A stretch of 64,000 nucleotides of DNA, taken from contig NW_019217881.1 of the NCBI RefSeq assembly GCF_002571385.2, positions 425,272-489,271 on the forward strand, written 5' to 3'. The position numbers and the translations under genes are program-made. This document shows positions 1 through 12,400 of this stretch, piece by piece (within the stretch, counting starts at the first letter, position 1; the number at the start of each line of letters is the position of its first letter). Under the pieces are notes generated by a model that worked only from the letters and a program-made list of their open reading frames with translations, searched no databases and was not told where the DNA came from. The DNA comes from Stylophora pistillata. Lineage: Eukaryota.

Positions 1-366
1 AGCTACCTCGAATTTTTTCATGCATATCATTAATAGATAATCACATTATTGATTTTCTCTTACCTAATGATGTATTCCCAAGAACCAGCTTCAGTGTTTG
101 TTCAGGGTCTAAATAGAAAAAAAGTACAAACTAAAGGCTTGATCAATTGTCATACACTGTACCTATAAAAAACATGGCTACCCAGAATGAACCCTTTTGG
201 TGATAATTTCTGCACTAGATTTTAAACTACTGTGACAGACATTCTTTGAATTGTTCTATGAAGACTACAGTATTATGCATGTATTATTGCACTCAATTTA
301 TACACAAATTATGTGCAATTACAATAGAGCTCACCTAGTTAATCTCCTGTATACAATGCACATTGT

Positions 367-662
367 GGAGGCGCGGTGGCCTCATGGTTGGTGCGCTCGC
401 CTTCGGATCGAGTGATCCAGGTTCGAGCCCCAGCCGGGGAAATTAAGTTGTGTTCTTAGGCAAGACACTTTACTCTCACAGTGCCTCTCTTCACCCTGGT
501 GTTTAAATGGGTACCGGCAAATTTCATGCTGGGGGTAACCCTGCGATGGACTGGCATCCCATCCAGGGAGGAGTAGAAATACTCTTGGTCGCTTCATGCT
601 ACAAAAACCGGAGTTAAGCACCGGCCTAATGGGCCACTAGGCTCGTAAACAGACTTTACTTA
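367..662 (+). mobile_element. tRNA-derived SINE
   Basis: Pol III A-box-like TGGCCTCATGG (~377) and B-box GGTTCGAGCCC (~420). Central segment GTGTTCTTAGGCAAGACACTTTACTCTCAC resembles CORE/Meta-type SINE central domains. Short ACTTT-like tail. Confidence 0.8.
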
Positions 663-1704
663 TAGCTTGACAATCACACAAATTACGTAAATCTTAGAAT
701 GCTTTTCAATTCTGATTGCTGGACCCTTGATACATTTGTTATAATAGATTAAAAGCTCTGAAGAAAGAAATGAAGATAGCTGACGAGGAAGCTGAAAAAA
801 GGAGGGAGAAGAAAGAAATAGAGACAAGTTCTTTGATTAAACCAAAAAGACTCAGCAGACACAAGTATCCTACATGTACCTCTATTGAATGGAATAGCCT
901 TTAGCAATAATATTATAATTGTATTAAATAATATTACTTGTACTGAATACCACCCAGCTTCACTGTCTGTGGCTAGCAATGAGGTTGTGTTCCCTGCCTT
1001 CAGAGCAAGTGATTGCCACTGCAACAAAAGACTCAGATAAATGCTAATGTTTGATGCAGTGGAGTACATTTTAATCAGTAAACAAAGAAGTCTTATTTGA
1101 TTACTTAACTGCAACTTCAGATATGAATCACCAGATTGTGAGATTCAACTAAGTGCAGAGCTGTCCGGAAGTCTCCGCACATTAAAGGTTGGATCGCCTA
1201 CAACTGTGGTCATTAAGTGTGATTAAAATACCCAGTTATTTTTTCTTTTCTTTTTTGGATTGATATCTTCGAAAAGAACCTACTTGAATCAGTTAGTGAG
1301 CGAGTGATAGGTGGAACATTAACTCTGAAACTCAATTATTACTTAAGTCCAACACTTACGAAAATTTTTTCATTCAAGCTGTTATGTCGCTCTTTTCACA
1401 GCAAGAAGGAAACTTATTTGAAGACAGATTTAAGAGTCTTCAGCGAAGAAACATCATTGAAACAAGACTCCCTGTCAAGTAAGTTGGCAACTTTCTCCAC
1501 TGTTTTACTTCGGAGTTTATCGAGTTTTAAATCAAGGACTTGATTGAGTAGCTCATTAGGGGTTTGAGTAGGAAAAAGTTGTTCTTCTGAACTCAGTTAT
1601 TGTGTGACTGCTTACTTCCATTACCAGCCAAATTTAATTTTTATAGTGAAAGGGGGCCAGGAATTATCTCTGAAAATCTTATCCTCAATCTTTTTCTTCA
1701 ACAG

Positions 1705-1794
1705 ACCTTACAGAAAATACAAGCAAAAGACGTATACGAGAAAATCATACGATAAGCCTTGTATCAAGGAAATATAGATTCCGTGATCAAAACG
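1705..1794 (+). other. Possible isolated upstream exon (UTR or coding), perhaps of the gene at 4183
   Basis: Polypyrimidine tract plus CAG acceptor (tttttcttcaacag) and a strong donor ACG|gtaagt, 90 bp apart; one frame is open. No homology evidence. Confidence 0.25.
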
Positions 1795-2993
1795 GTAAGT
1801 TTTTTCTCTATTTATGTTTAACTGACAGACAATCTTGCCGAAAGAACAGTATCTTTAGTTAGTTTGGTTAGCATTTTAAAGTGAGTTCCTTTTTTTCACA
1901 ATCACTTATAAATGAGTGCACCTTGCTTTTTAAAAGGCAGAGTGGAAATACCCTGAAATATACATTTGAGATGACTTACTCAACAGAAACAGATCTACTA
2001 GTTGTAGAAACCTGAATTTAATTTTCCCGAGGATATAAAGGAAGAATCAAGCTGGTCGGGCGTTTTCCGTAAGAGCAATGAAAGAAAGGACTATGCTAAA
2101 TGTGCATCTCAAACGGAGTTGTAGTGCTAAAACTTTCACTTTTTGAATCGATTTTGAACGAGCAAATTCTGACGCAATTATTCATATAACTCGATTAGAA
2201 ACTTTTGAATCATTTTTAAACGATTGCATTTATTGTAACGATGCCATATTCTGTATATTCTTCTATGTTTATAGCTTTGTACTGTATTTAAAGTTTCATC
2301 GTACTTTCCGTTAATGGCTATTGTTATTTATCTAGTAGAATGTCTAATGGAATCTTGGTGTCCGCTAGTCATAAACTGCTCCATAAAAGTCTTCTGAAGT
2401 TAATTGTAGCCGCATTCATACACACACTTGTTTACATTAATTGTTTCGCAATGGTTTGCAGAGAATTCTTAATTTCCTTTATGGCATTGTGAATGCTGAA
2501 CACATTCGCACGTGGGTCGATTATATACACGATTCGAGTGACTAACCTTTTCAGTGATAGAACCGTAGAAGCTGGTAGACTTTCTGTGTAATTTTCTCTG
2601 CCACTTGTATATGTTTGAGGAAGTTTTTTTCGTTTTGTTTCAGAAATGATGTAGAGGTGAATTACACAAGAATTCAGTGCAGTTTTTTGGCACGCACAAA
2701 TCATTTGTCCTAATATGTCAGAACATATTTAAATCTTATTTCACCTTCGATTTTATCAGTAATTCTAACAATTGTGAAGTAAAAGAAGAAATAAAACATT
2801 TAGCTTTGTCGGAAGTTTCTTACGTATTCGTATCGGATCCACCCGCTTTGATATTGTTATTTTTTACATGGACAAGACGATGGGAGAATTATTGTTCTTC
2901 TATTTATTTCGCTCATTTGTTCGAAGTACTGCATTGTAGACGCCTGTGGCGGCTTGTAGCTGAAGTCACAGCAAGACCAAGAGTTACTGCATC

Positions 2994-3496
2994 AGATACA
3001 ATGAATATATGAAGTTCATATATTTTGAACTGCGGTATTAGATACGTATGATGCACGATCCTCGGAGTAGATAGCGCTATTCATGCAATAGCGAAAATCA
3101 GACCTGAAAAAAATCAGGCCTGTACGGGATTCGAACCACTGACCTCTGCGATACTAGTGCAGCGCTCTACCAATTGAGCTAACAAGCCAACTGGGAGCAG
3201 GCCGTTAAGTTGATTCGTAATAAACCCGTGAAAGTGATAAATCAGATACAATGAANTGGGAATTAGATAGCTGTATGATGTAATAGCGGAAATACGTAAA
3301 ACTAATTTGATTGACAATGAGATAATACGTATGATGCACTATCCTCGCAGAAGAGAGCGCTATTTATTGGTAGAGCGCTGCACTAGTATCGCAGAGGTCA
3401 GTGGTTCGAATCCCGTACAGGCCTGATTTTTTTCAGGTCTGATTTTCGCTATTGCATAAATAGCGCTATCTACTGCGAGGATCGTGCATCATACGT
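2994..3496. mobile_element. tRNA(Thr)-like-containing retroelement with partial tandem and inverted copies, flanked by a 12-bp direct repeat
   Basis: AGTTACTGCATC at 2982-2993 and 3497-3508 (candidate TSD). tRNA-like cloverleaf on the - strand at 3116-3188 (AGT anticodon, mismatched T stem). 3043-3174 is repeated inverted at 3366-3497. Confidence 0.75.
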
Positions 3497-4182
3497 AGTT
3501 ACTGCATCGTTTGAAACAATGTAATGTTGTTTGTCTCTAGGTGTCTCATATTTATAGGTCAACTTTCCACTGAGAGATGAGAAAGTTTGATATTAGTACA
3601 TGAAATCTTGAGGTGCCATGGTTTCAACTTTATTCACCAAAATAAAGAACGTTCTTCAAGCTCACATTAGTCCTTACAAACTTAACACACTTTTGTATTT
3701 ACCTCAAAATCGATGTTTCTCAAAGCGCGTTGTTTTGGAGTTAAATGAAATTTTTTTAGTTTTATAAAAGCAGCTTTATAAACAACTATAAAAAAAATCG
3801 TTACCATAAACAATGCAATTATATCTTTATCTCTTCGAAAACCGCAAAATATGAGTTCGGAGGAAATTAGTGTTGTCAACGAAGATACATTTGTGTCATA
3901 TTTTAATTGCCCAAATTGTTTATACTTTCGGGCAAATAGTGGATAACTTTATATGGACAGTGTAGATATAACAAGCACGGGTATAGTTAATTGGATGAGT
4001 GCTTTAGAGAAATTACCGCAATTGCACAGCGTGTTAATCAAATTTTTTGTTTGAGGGAAGTTCTCTGTGGCAGTGTTATTGATTGCTGCCTCGATGATCA
4101 TTACCTTGATTGCCTGCCTGCCTGCCTTAGTAACCAAACATCGCTTTAGCTTTCACCGTTGGTGTGATCAGTTCTTAGAAGA

Positions 4183-5511
4183 ATGAGCGAAACCAAGGGC
4201 GACTGGGCTTCTGAGAGAATATCAATAACTCATTTAGGGAATTTGTCAAGAAGCAGTAACTATGTACGCAGTTTGGTGCGCCAGCAATTTCATCAGCAGT
4301 CGGATCAGCCAGCTGCTGCTTGGGCAAGACTCCGTGAGAGGTTGGCAAAGACTGGACAGGAATCTTTCGAATCTATCGATTCCGAAGAAGGCTTCAAGAG
4401 CTTTATAAAGGAAAAGCAGAGTGAGAAAACTGCTTGGCGTGATAGCGACGGACTCAGCGGAGATGAAGACGAAGAAGAAGAGGAAGAAACGTATGTTTAT
4501 TTGAAAACGGCGAGCCCTGAACAAAGATTTTCAAAGTCAGTCGATAACAAAAATAATAAAGTCCCAGAGACGTCGCCACCAAGTTCTCGCTACGTCCCGT
4601 CTCCATCCACGCGGCGTATGTCAGCGCCTCAGACACCGTTCACTGGAATGGAGACTGAAAAGAAATACACCATCGGTTCCACAGACGCTCATTCCCAAAT
4701 ATTAAACCGGAGGCTCTCGCTGGCAGAAAATGTCATAAAAAACTACAGCAAGTACATAAGAACGCCTGACGTAGATCAGAAGCCTCAGGGACGAACTCCG
4801 AGGATTAACATCGAGAACGAAGGCGCTGGTACCGAGCGAGAGCAAACAAGTGAAAAGCCCAGCATAGTGGCAATTACTGAGGAGGAAAGCTCAGCGCTTA
4901 CAGATGTCAAACTTGTGGATAGAGACGAAAGCCCAGTAGTGTCGTCTTTGGTCAGTTATTTAGCTATTCCTCAGGGATCGTCCTATACAGTTCCGCCAAG
5001 TCCAGCTGATGAAAATGAGAAAACGTTCTTAAACGGTTCAGCAACTTTACGTAGAAATTCATTCGCTGGAATGTTTTCTGAAGAGCTTTCGTTTCATCGA
5101 AGTGGAACCGATACTTCTTCAAAAGCAACGAAGGAGAAACTTTCCTCGGATACATTGCCCAGGATTTCACAAACAAGTCAGGGCAGAAGAAGGAGAGTCT
5201 CTGCAAACAGTCGAGAGGAAGCGATCAAAGAGTTGAAAAAAGATCACAAGAAACTGGCAAAGAACAAGCTGCTAAAGCAAAGAAAAAAAGACACGTTTTA
5301 TCAGCAACTAAAGCGCGACCAGGAAAAACGTGCTCTGCGGTCGGAAATTTTTAATCGTGAAATGGAGGATATCAGGAAGGAACTGAAAGGAATAAACAGC
5401 CGATTAGACGAGAGAATAGAAATCCTGGATTGCCATGCTCCGCCAAAGGTGAATGTCAAGTTACATCGCATATTGCAGGTAGCTCTGGCGGGCATACCTT
5501 TTTCAAAATGA
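4183..5511 (+). CDS. Uncharacterised 442-aa protein: Ser/Glu-rich, probably disordered, with a C-terminal coiled coil
   Basis: 1329-bp uninterrupted ORF in AT-rich DNA. Acidic run DEDEEEEEE and a K/E/R-rich helical C-terminal segment; no domain recognised. The true 3' end could be spliced (CAG|gtagct near 5478). Confidence 0.75.
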   Translation: MSETKGDWASERISITHLGNLSRSSNYVRSLVRQQFHQQSDQPAAAWARLRERLAKTGQESFESIDSEEGFKSFIKEKQSEKTAWRDSDGLSGDEDEEEEEETYVYLKTASPEQRFSKSVDNKNNKVPETSPPSSRYVPSPSTRRMSAPQTPFTGMETEKKYTIGSTDAHSQILNRRLSLAENVIKNYSKYIRTPDVDQKPQGRTPRINIENEGAGTEREQTSEKPSIVAITEEESSALTDVKLVDRDESPVVSSLVSYLAIPQGSSYTVPPSPADENEKTFLNGSATLRRNSFAGMFSEELSFHRSGTDTSSKATKEKLSSDTLPRISQTSQGRRRRVSANSREEAIKELKKDHKKLAKNKLLKQRKKDTFYQQLKRDQEKRALRSEIFNREMEDIRKELKGINSRLDERIEILDCHAPPKVNVKLHRILQVALAGIPFSK

Positions 5512-6001
5512 GTAGTAGTGTACAGTTGGATTGGGCCTGGGGCCGAACTCAAAATGAAGGAAGATGGTGTGCAGTAACTTTAATCCAGTTTGCGGTAGTT
5601 TCCTTACCGTGGGCTATTTTGATGGAAACCCTTAAAGATGTTGGCAAAGATAAGAGTCAATTACTAGAATTTTTTACAAGAATCTGATCATTTTCTTGGA
5701 CAATTTCTGTTCACATGTTTTTTATTTCGTTTTTAATATATTCAAAATGACGACCGAGATAAACCTAATATTATCTTGGTAATGTTTAAGGGCTCCCCTT
5801 TGATAATGTATTGCAATAAATTATCGATACTGGCACATGGTTAGAGACAGTGACCGCTATCAGTCTTTTAATCCCGACATCAGCGGAGGCCCTGTGTTAT
5901 AATTTTAAATTGAAAGGAAATCGTTTAGAAACACACCTCGACCGTTCCTTTAGAGGAAAAAACAGGTAAATGAAACTAATCACTCCTTTATTTTTGCTAA
6001 A

Positions 6002-6131
6002 GATACNGGTCATATGATACGGGTCATATGATACGGGTCATATGATACGGGTCATATGATACGGGTCATATGATACGGGTCATATGATACGGGTCATATG
6101 ATACGGGTCATATGATACGGGTCATATGATA
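6002..6131. repeat. 14-bp minisatellite (GATACGGGTCATAT) x ~9
   Basis: Near-perfect tandem array read directly, between two convergent genes. Confidence 0.95.
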
Positions 6132-6481
6132 TGGAGAAATAGCACTGACCTTCGTTTAATTTTTCTGATTTTTTTTTGGTCTGTTCTTTTTATCATTATA
6201 TTGTAACCCAAGCCTTACAACAGTATAAAAGCTGCTTGTTGAAAATGATGTCCTTTCTTTCCTCAATTTACAAAATGACCAGGTCCAACGCGAATATATT
6301 TTTTTCTTATTTAATCATGGTTGCTACATATTACCATAATCGGCGCGTTGTTGTTATCCAACGAAAGGTATTTACATGAAAAAAAAAATTTTTCATTTTT
6401 GATCGCATTCAGTAAAACTTGTATTGGAAATTACGTGTACAAACAGGGAAAATACAGGCAGAATTAAACTGAAAAAATTTG

Positions 6482-9400
6482 TTAGACCCTTGATGTCCTG
6501 ATTTTGTCATGTTCGTGTTCGGCATTTGCGATGGGGAGAGGTCTACACTCCGAGTCTGTTGATTCCGTGTCTGACGAAAAAGGTTGCAAAGACTGAAATG
6601 TTCTTTCTTGGTTCGAACATTCGTCTGCAAAACTTTTACTAGTCATATTTAAACTTTCCTCCAATGATGGAATACTTTTATGAATTTCAGATTTTGTTTC
6701 AAAGTAACAAGAACTTACGCCGCTTTTCCTCATCCTTTTCGGGTTTTGAATATCTTTATCGTCGATGGTTTGCGAGTTGTCGTTGTCTCCTAATTCTTTT
6801 TCTTTAATAGAATCATAAGCCCGCATAATATTTCCATTAATTAGCGGTTCACGCTCATTCACGTGGTTTTTCATAAAACTTGTGCTCAGATGTCCCCCAC
6901 GTGGTGTGGTGTTGTCATGACATGGAGTGAAGGCACTGTGTCGTCGCTTAGGAGTTTTGCGCTCAATGTCGTTACGAGTTGTGTTATCCTCCACTGGTTG
7001 GCTTCCTTCGTTACATGACGGAATGTTTTTACCAATGTTGTATTCCATGATAGAAAAGGCAGACACGGCCCGCCCTATCACTGGAACAGGTTTAATTGGT
7101 GATTTAGTGTCTTGGATAACTTTCTCGATTGGCATGTTATCATCTCCTTGACCATCTTCTCGTGAGAGGTTATCCTTGTTTGGCCGACTTCTTTCCTCCA
7201 CAATAGGCTTAGCAGGACTTGTTTGCTGCTGATTATGCTGCCATTTTAAATTGATTTGATCCATGTTTTGTGATTCGACTGTATTTTTCTGACAAATGAT
7301 CCCAAGGTTTCCATCGTAACTCGTCGGCTCTTCATTTGGTATCGTCATAAATTCAACTGGTACAAACTCATCCTCATCGCTTTTGTTTTTGTGATCGTGC
7401 TTTCTGCATTTCCTGTGTTCTTTCAGTGCGAGGGGATTGTAGTCGGCCTCGTTGACGCTGTGTTCTTTCAGTGCGAGGGGATTGTAGTCGGCCTCGTTGA
7501 CGCTGTGTTCTTTCAGTGCGAGGGGATTGTAGTCGGCCTCGTTGACGCTGTGTTCTTTCAGTGCGAGGGGATTGTAGTCGGCCTCGTTGACGCTGTGTTC
7601 TTTCAGTGCGAGGGGATTGTAGTCGGCCTCCTTGACGCTGTCACGGCTCTCGGTATTATCTCTTCGCTTACCACGAGACTCTACGGGTACTGTTAATGTT
7701 ACCTGTATCCCGTCAGCCTTTTCGGTGGGACTTAACGGAAAATTTCCATCACTACCTGTGCGCGTTCGGTTCTCACCAATCACATCGGGAATCGTACCAT
7801 CACTTCCGGCGCTCCTCAGACTTGAACACGAACAAGTCATTCGTGAGTGGATCGAGCAAAGGCTTTGCACGCTGGCTTGATCTGACAAGAGAATAATAGG
7901 TCCTTTTCCACTAAGTGCGTTGTAAAGCTCATTGTAACCTCTTGGAAGTGCGTTTAAACTAGAAGCTGTGGACGCACTCTTTAGACTGAATGAGGCTGGT
8001 GACACGGCTCCCCGTCTAAGGTGGAGTGGGTATAGTGATTTGTTTATCAGTGCGGATGGCCTTGAGATTTCCCTTAAAGAATCTCTCATTGAATGTTTTC
8101 TTCTTTCCTCCGCTGGCACATGAAGCAGAGTGTTCTCTCCTGTAATGGGTCCAAAAGTTAAACCATATCAGTCTAAAGGACCTTAAGAACATTGTAAGTG
8201 TTGATTCATTTACGTAACGGTCTAAATCTCGAGAGCTCTCAACAGAAGGCAACGACCTTTTAATAAATACTTTAGATGCCCTAACGCTTAGCCACAGGAG
8301 ACTCGGTCAATGCTTAGCAGTAGGATAGACTCCTTTCGGGGGCTGTCGGGATTTTTGTCCCTCATTGAAAGATATCATCTATCACTTCATTAAGAGGCAT
8401 ACAACAAATCAAACCAGCTTCATTTCCATAAACTTCGTTTGGTGGAAGAGTAGCCAAGATTTGCTCCAGCATTGAGTAAAAATTGATGATAAATGCATGA
8501 TTAAAAAGAGAAGGTTACGAGATTTAACACTCGGTATCAATAAAAAATAGAAGATGCAATCCCGATAAATACCTTCTGGTTGGTCTCTTGCTATATCAGC
8601 AACGGAAGGTACTCTAGAAGGCGGCTCGAATTTTAACGTAATACCTTCTGCGGGTGCTTCCTTCATCGACTTGTAATCTGAAAGAACAGAATTCAAAGAC
8701 TTGCTCCGACTCACGTTGGATCGTCTCTTCGGTCTCAGTAGTTTGGACATCGAACGTAGCGACCAAAAAGAGGATTTCTTTAGGCTTCCTCTGGGAGTTA
8801 CGGAACAACTTATTGAAATCTCCGACGGAAAGCTTCGTTCAGTTTGTCTCTCGCTGCACAGTGATGTAAAGTTAGCATGTGTGCTGTTTTCAGGTCCCTC
8901 TTGTGATCTCTGGTTACTCATGGACGTAAGAGCATGAGAAAAAGCTATACGCCTCTTTTTAGGCGGTAGGTTGAGCCTCGCTTTGGCGTATGTGTAAAAA
9001 AGGGAAAAGTTACTTGCAACCACTGATACTGGTAAAGCAATGACCAGCACCCCGAATATTGCGCATGCGCTACCAACGATCTTTCCAGTCCCTGTGCGAG
9101 GATGTACTTCGCCGTAGCCGACCTGGAAATTGAAAGAAACATTACGTTACATACCATAACAAATGCATTGAATATAGAACAGTTCTTTTAATAACCCTCC
9201 GTCTCTTCTATTAAGAGTTTCATTAAGGGCTCGACCTATTTTGAATATGTCAGAAATGTACTAACCGTTGTCATAGTGATGACAGCCCACCACATGCTTT
9301 CAGGGACACTTCTGAAGTCGCTATCAAAGTCATATCTTTCCAGATAATACACAATACTTGCAAACACAACCATAACGAAGCCAGTAATGACCAGCAGGAG

Positions 9401-12400
9401 ACACAGCTCGAGGGAACTGGCCTTCAGTGTATTAACAAGCACTTGGAGAACGTATGACAGTTTAAACAGCTGGAAAATACGCGCAGCTTTTAACATGACA
9501 AGCATCTCTAAAAATGGTATCTCCTCCATGGATGGATGGAAAAAGAATACGTATAACAACACCAGAGGTATCAAATCTGTCCACGTGTAGGGACTTTTGA
9601 CAAAAGCGAGCTTATTGGGCGAAAACAGGACCCTAAGAGCAAAGTCCATAGTGAACCACGAGATACATACGAGGTGTGTCACTGATAAAGCGATGTATTG
9701 AGAAGCAGTCTTGTCGCTGAAATACTCCAGGGTTGATAACGAGAATTTGATAATGTAAGCTGTGAATGCCACAAACGAGACAATTCCCACCAGCTGTCAA
9801 GGAAGAGTAATTTTGTATTTCTGTTAGTATGCGTTCAATACTAAGTGTAGCGTCATTTATTCCATCAGATGTGGTAAAAATCTGAAACATTATCGATGGA
9901 AGCAATATTATTTTAACAATCTCCTTAAACGCACTGGTAAAAAGTGTGGGTTTATTAGAGGAAAAGAGATTTGCATGAGACAGTTCGACAAAACAAGGCC
10001 GGTGTGTCTCGACCCAACCCTCACCATTCATACGTCAGTGAAGTGTTCGCTAACGTTGCTTTCCCTCCATGCGACAAGTGTTTTACCGAGTGAGAAAACA
10101 ACAGACTTGAAGGGATGAAGTTCATAGTAAAGCAGCTCAAAGCTCATGAAAGCAACCCAAATACAGCTGGCAATTTATCCCTGCGTCAATATTTGTCACG
10201 GCCATAGGTTACGTATATTCAAAATTTTTGTTATTGAGGACACAATAATTTTTTTGATATTTAGGTACAGCTGTAAACTTGTATATTAAAATACCACTTT
10301 GCTACCTTTGCCCAGGATGACGTGTAAGGTTCTTCGAGGCTCTTCCAGATCTTGGGCTGATACCTAGACCACCATGATTTTACTTCATCAACGTCCTCGA
10401 AAAGTCCCGAATCCTCGGACAGAAATCTCTCCTCAGGGTCCTCCTCGTAACCTGGAAGCTTGAAATATTTTAATTTTTCTTGCTTTTCTTTGTGTTGCTT
10501 ATAATTCTCCCAACAGCAGGTTTCCACCTGTGTTCGTGAAAAAATAATTGAAATTAGATTTAGAAATGATTTAGAGAAATAATGACGTAAAGGGAATGGA
10601 TGATTGTCTATCGATCATGTGTGGGTGGGAGAGATGTCGCCGGGTAAGTCTTACGTCACCACAATGGCTTAGAAATGTATAAAAATTAATTTCACGAGTG
10701 CTTGTTGACTCAAAATAATTGTCCTATTATTTTCTCTTGTTGTGAGATGTTACATAGCCAATGTGGCGCGGTGACAGTTTGTGCGTTATGTCTTGTGATA
10801 AGAACAACGCTATGTCACAATGGAATAATTGTCTAATTGTCTGCAAACTACAAAAGGTTTCAATATCTTTTCCGCTGTTAAGTGCGTGAAAGAGAGCTCT
10901 TCTTGCTGATTAAGGTAGCTCACAAAGTTAATCTTACGTAAAAACCATTATACCCTGATGAGATGTAAGCAGGACGTGGCAGTTGTGTACATGACGCAAC
11001 TATTTCAAAGGATTTTGTTTTCTTCAATAAGTGAAAGTCATTTGAATCATTTTTTCTCGGTAACACGAACTGAGAAAAGTTATGTATGTGGCATAATTAC
11101 ATTCAATGGTCACAACATGTTCGTTATGGTAACTAGTTGCCTAATTGAGAAGAATACTCATTGCCTGGCTGCGCTTGATATCATGACTCAGAGCGGAGGT
11201 TCCATTTATATTGCTTGTGATTAAATTTTCATTTTGATAGCGTCCTATTCCCAGGATGTTTTGTTGCTCAAGGTCTACAATATTCAAAATGAATTCGAAT
11301 TTGCTGTCATTAAGCTGTCGCCTGTGCCATAAACCGTAGGATTATGTTTTCTTTACCCTACAGCAGGTGTACTTATTGTGGTTTAGTTTTCCCGAAGCGA
11401 AACTGAACTTATGACAGCTTGATTGCAGTGCGAAATGAGTTTTTGCACAGGTCCACATAAAATTATTGGTTCCAACGTGCCTTCAGTTGGCAATTTCAAT
11501 AACAACAGAAAATACGTTCGTCTGCAACTTATCTTTGCTGCTAATGAATTTCACATAAATTCACTAAAGTGCAATACCAAGCCTGATGCTAATTTACACA
11601 TAAATGACCCTTTAATTCCTAATGAAAGTTCCAAAGCGTATATATTTCACCTCTTAATCTTTTTTTTTCAACATAATAATGCGTTTTAGGCGTTAAACTG
11701 TTCAGTTGACGAATTGTTAGTTCGCGCAAAAATAGCGATAAAGTGAGAAAATAAAAGTTTCCTTGACTCCTGCTTCAAAAAAAATTAAATCCCTTGTTAT
11801 GAATATGTCTACGTTGGCAGCAGAATAAATGCATGTATTATACAAAGCCTATTACCCGAGTAAAATGAATGCATGAGATGGTATGTGCAAAACAGTGTCG
11901 AAAAAGCGTTTGAGCTTATGAGAGAGTAAACAGAAACCAAAATAAATAGCAGGAGTTTTAAGGCGTACAGTAATACACAATGGCTTGTGTAGTTCCTTTT
12001 AAAGTCGATTTTGAAAGAAGCTTTATTAATGAGTTTGGGAGGGCGCAACACGCTATATGATTGTTGTGTTATTCCAAAAATGTTTTGTCCCTTAAGTACA
12101 ATAGACGCCATGAAAATAAAGCATACTGGTATTTTCCTTTATTTTGGCTGCTGATATTTGTCCTCAAATGACAACGATGAGGCAGCGAGTACATTTCTAA
12201 AAAACCTTCGAGGGAGCTATCTATAGAGACCCCACAAACACAGGAAGATATTTTTAAAAGCAAGGTAACACCCGCTTTAGGTACTTATGCTGTTAGATGG
12301 TGAATTGACAACAATCACGATCCGGGCTCGATTTTTCAGGACTCACTTCACTGCAAGATTCAACCGACTAAGGAAAACCCAGCTAAATGCATGGACGAGT

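Noticed and set aside
1100-1230. Another hairpin-type element
   Set aside because: Only a weak, degraded palindrome with no inverted-repeat cassette that I could delimit.
3116-3188. Functional tRNA-Thr(AGT) gene
   Set aside because: The T stem and the anticodon stem base are mismatched, and it sits in a duplicated, direct-repeat-flanked element. Better explained as a tRNA-derived repeat.
7413-7641. CRISPR-like array (also considered for 6002-6131)
   Set aside because: No unique spacers, no cas genes and a eukaryotic context; these are simple tandem repeats.
6927-7880. Antisense ORFs over the channel tail (and similar ones over other exons)
   Set aside because: Shadow frames of real exons and of the 45-bp repeat.
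8170-8400. Additional channel exon within intron 4
   Set aside because: Candidate acceptors near 8380 give an early stop in the required phase (VIDDIFQ*), while 8573 joins 8139 cleanly. An alternative short terminus cannot be excluded without RNA data.
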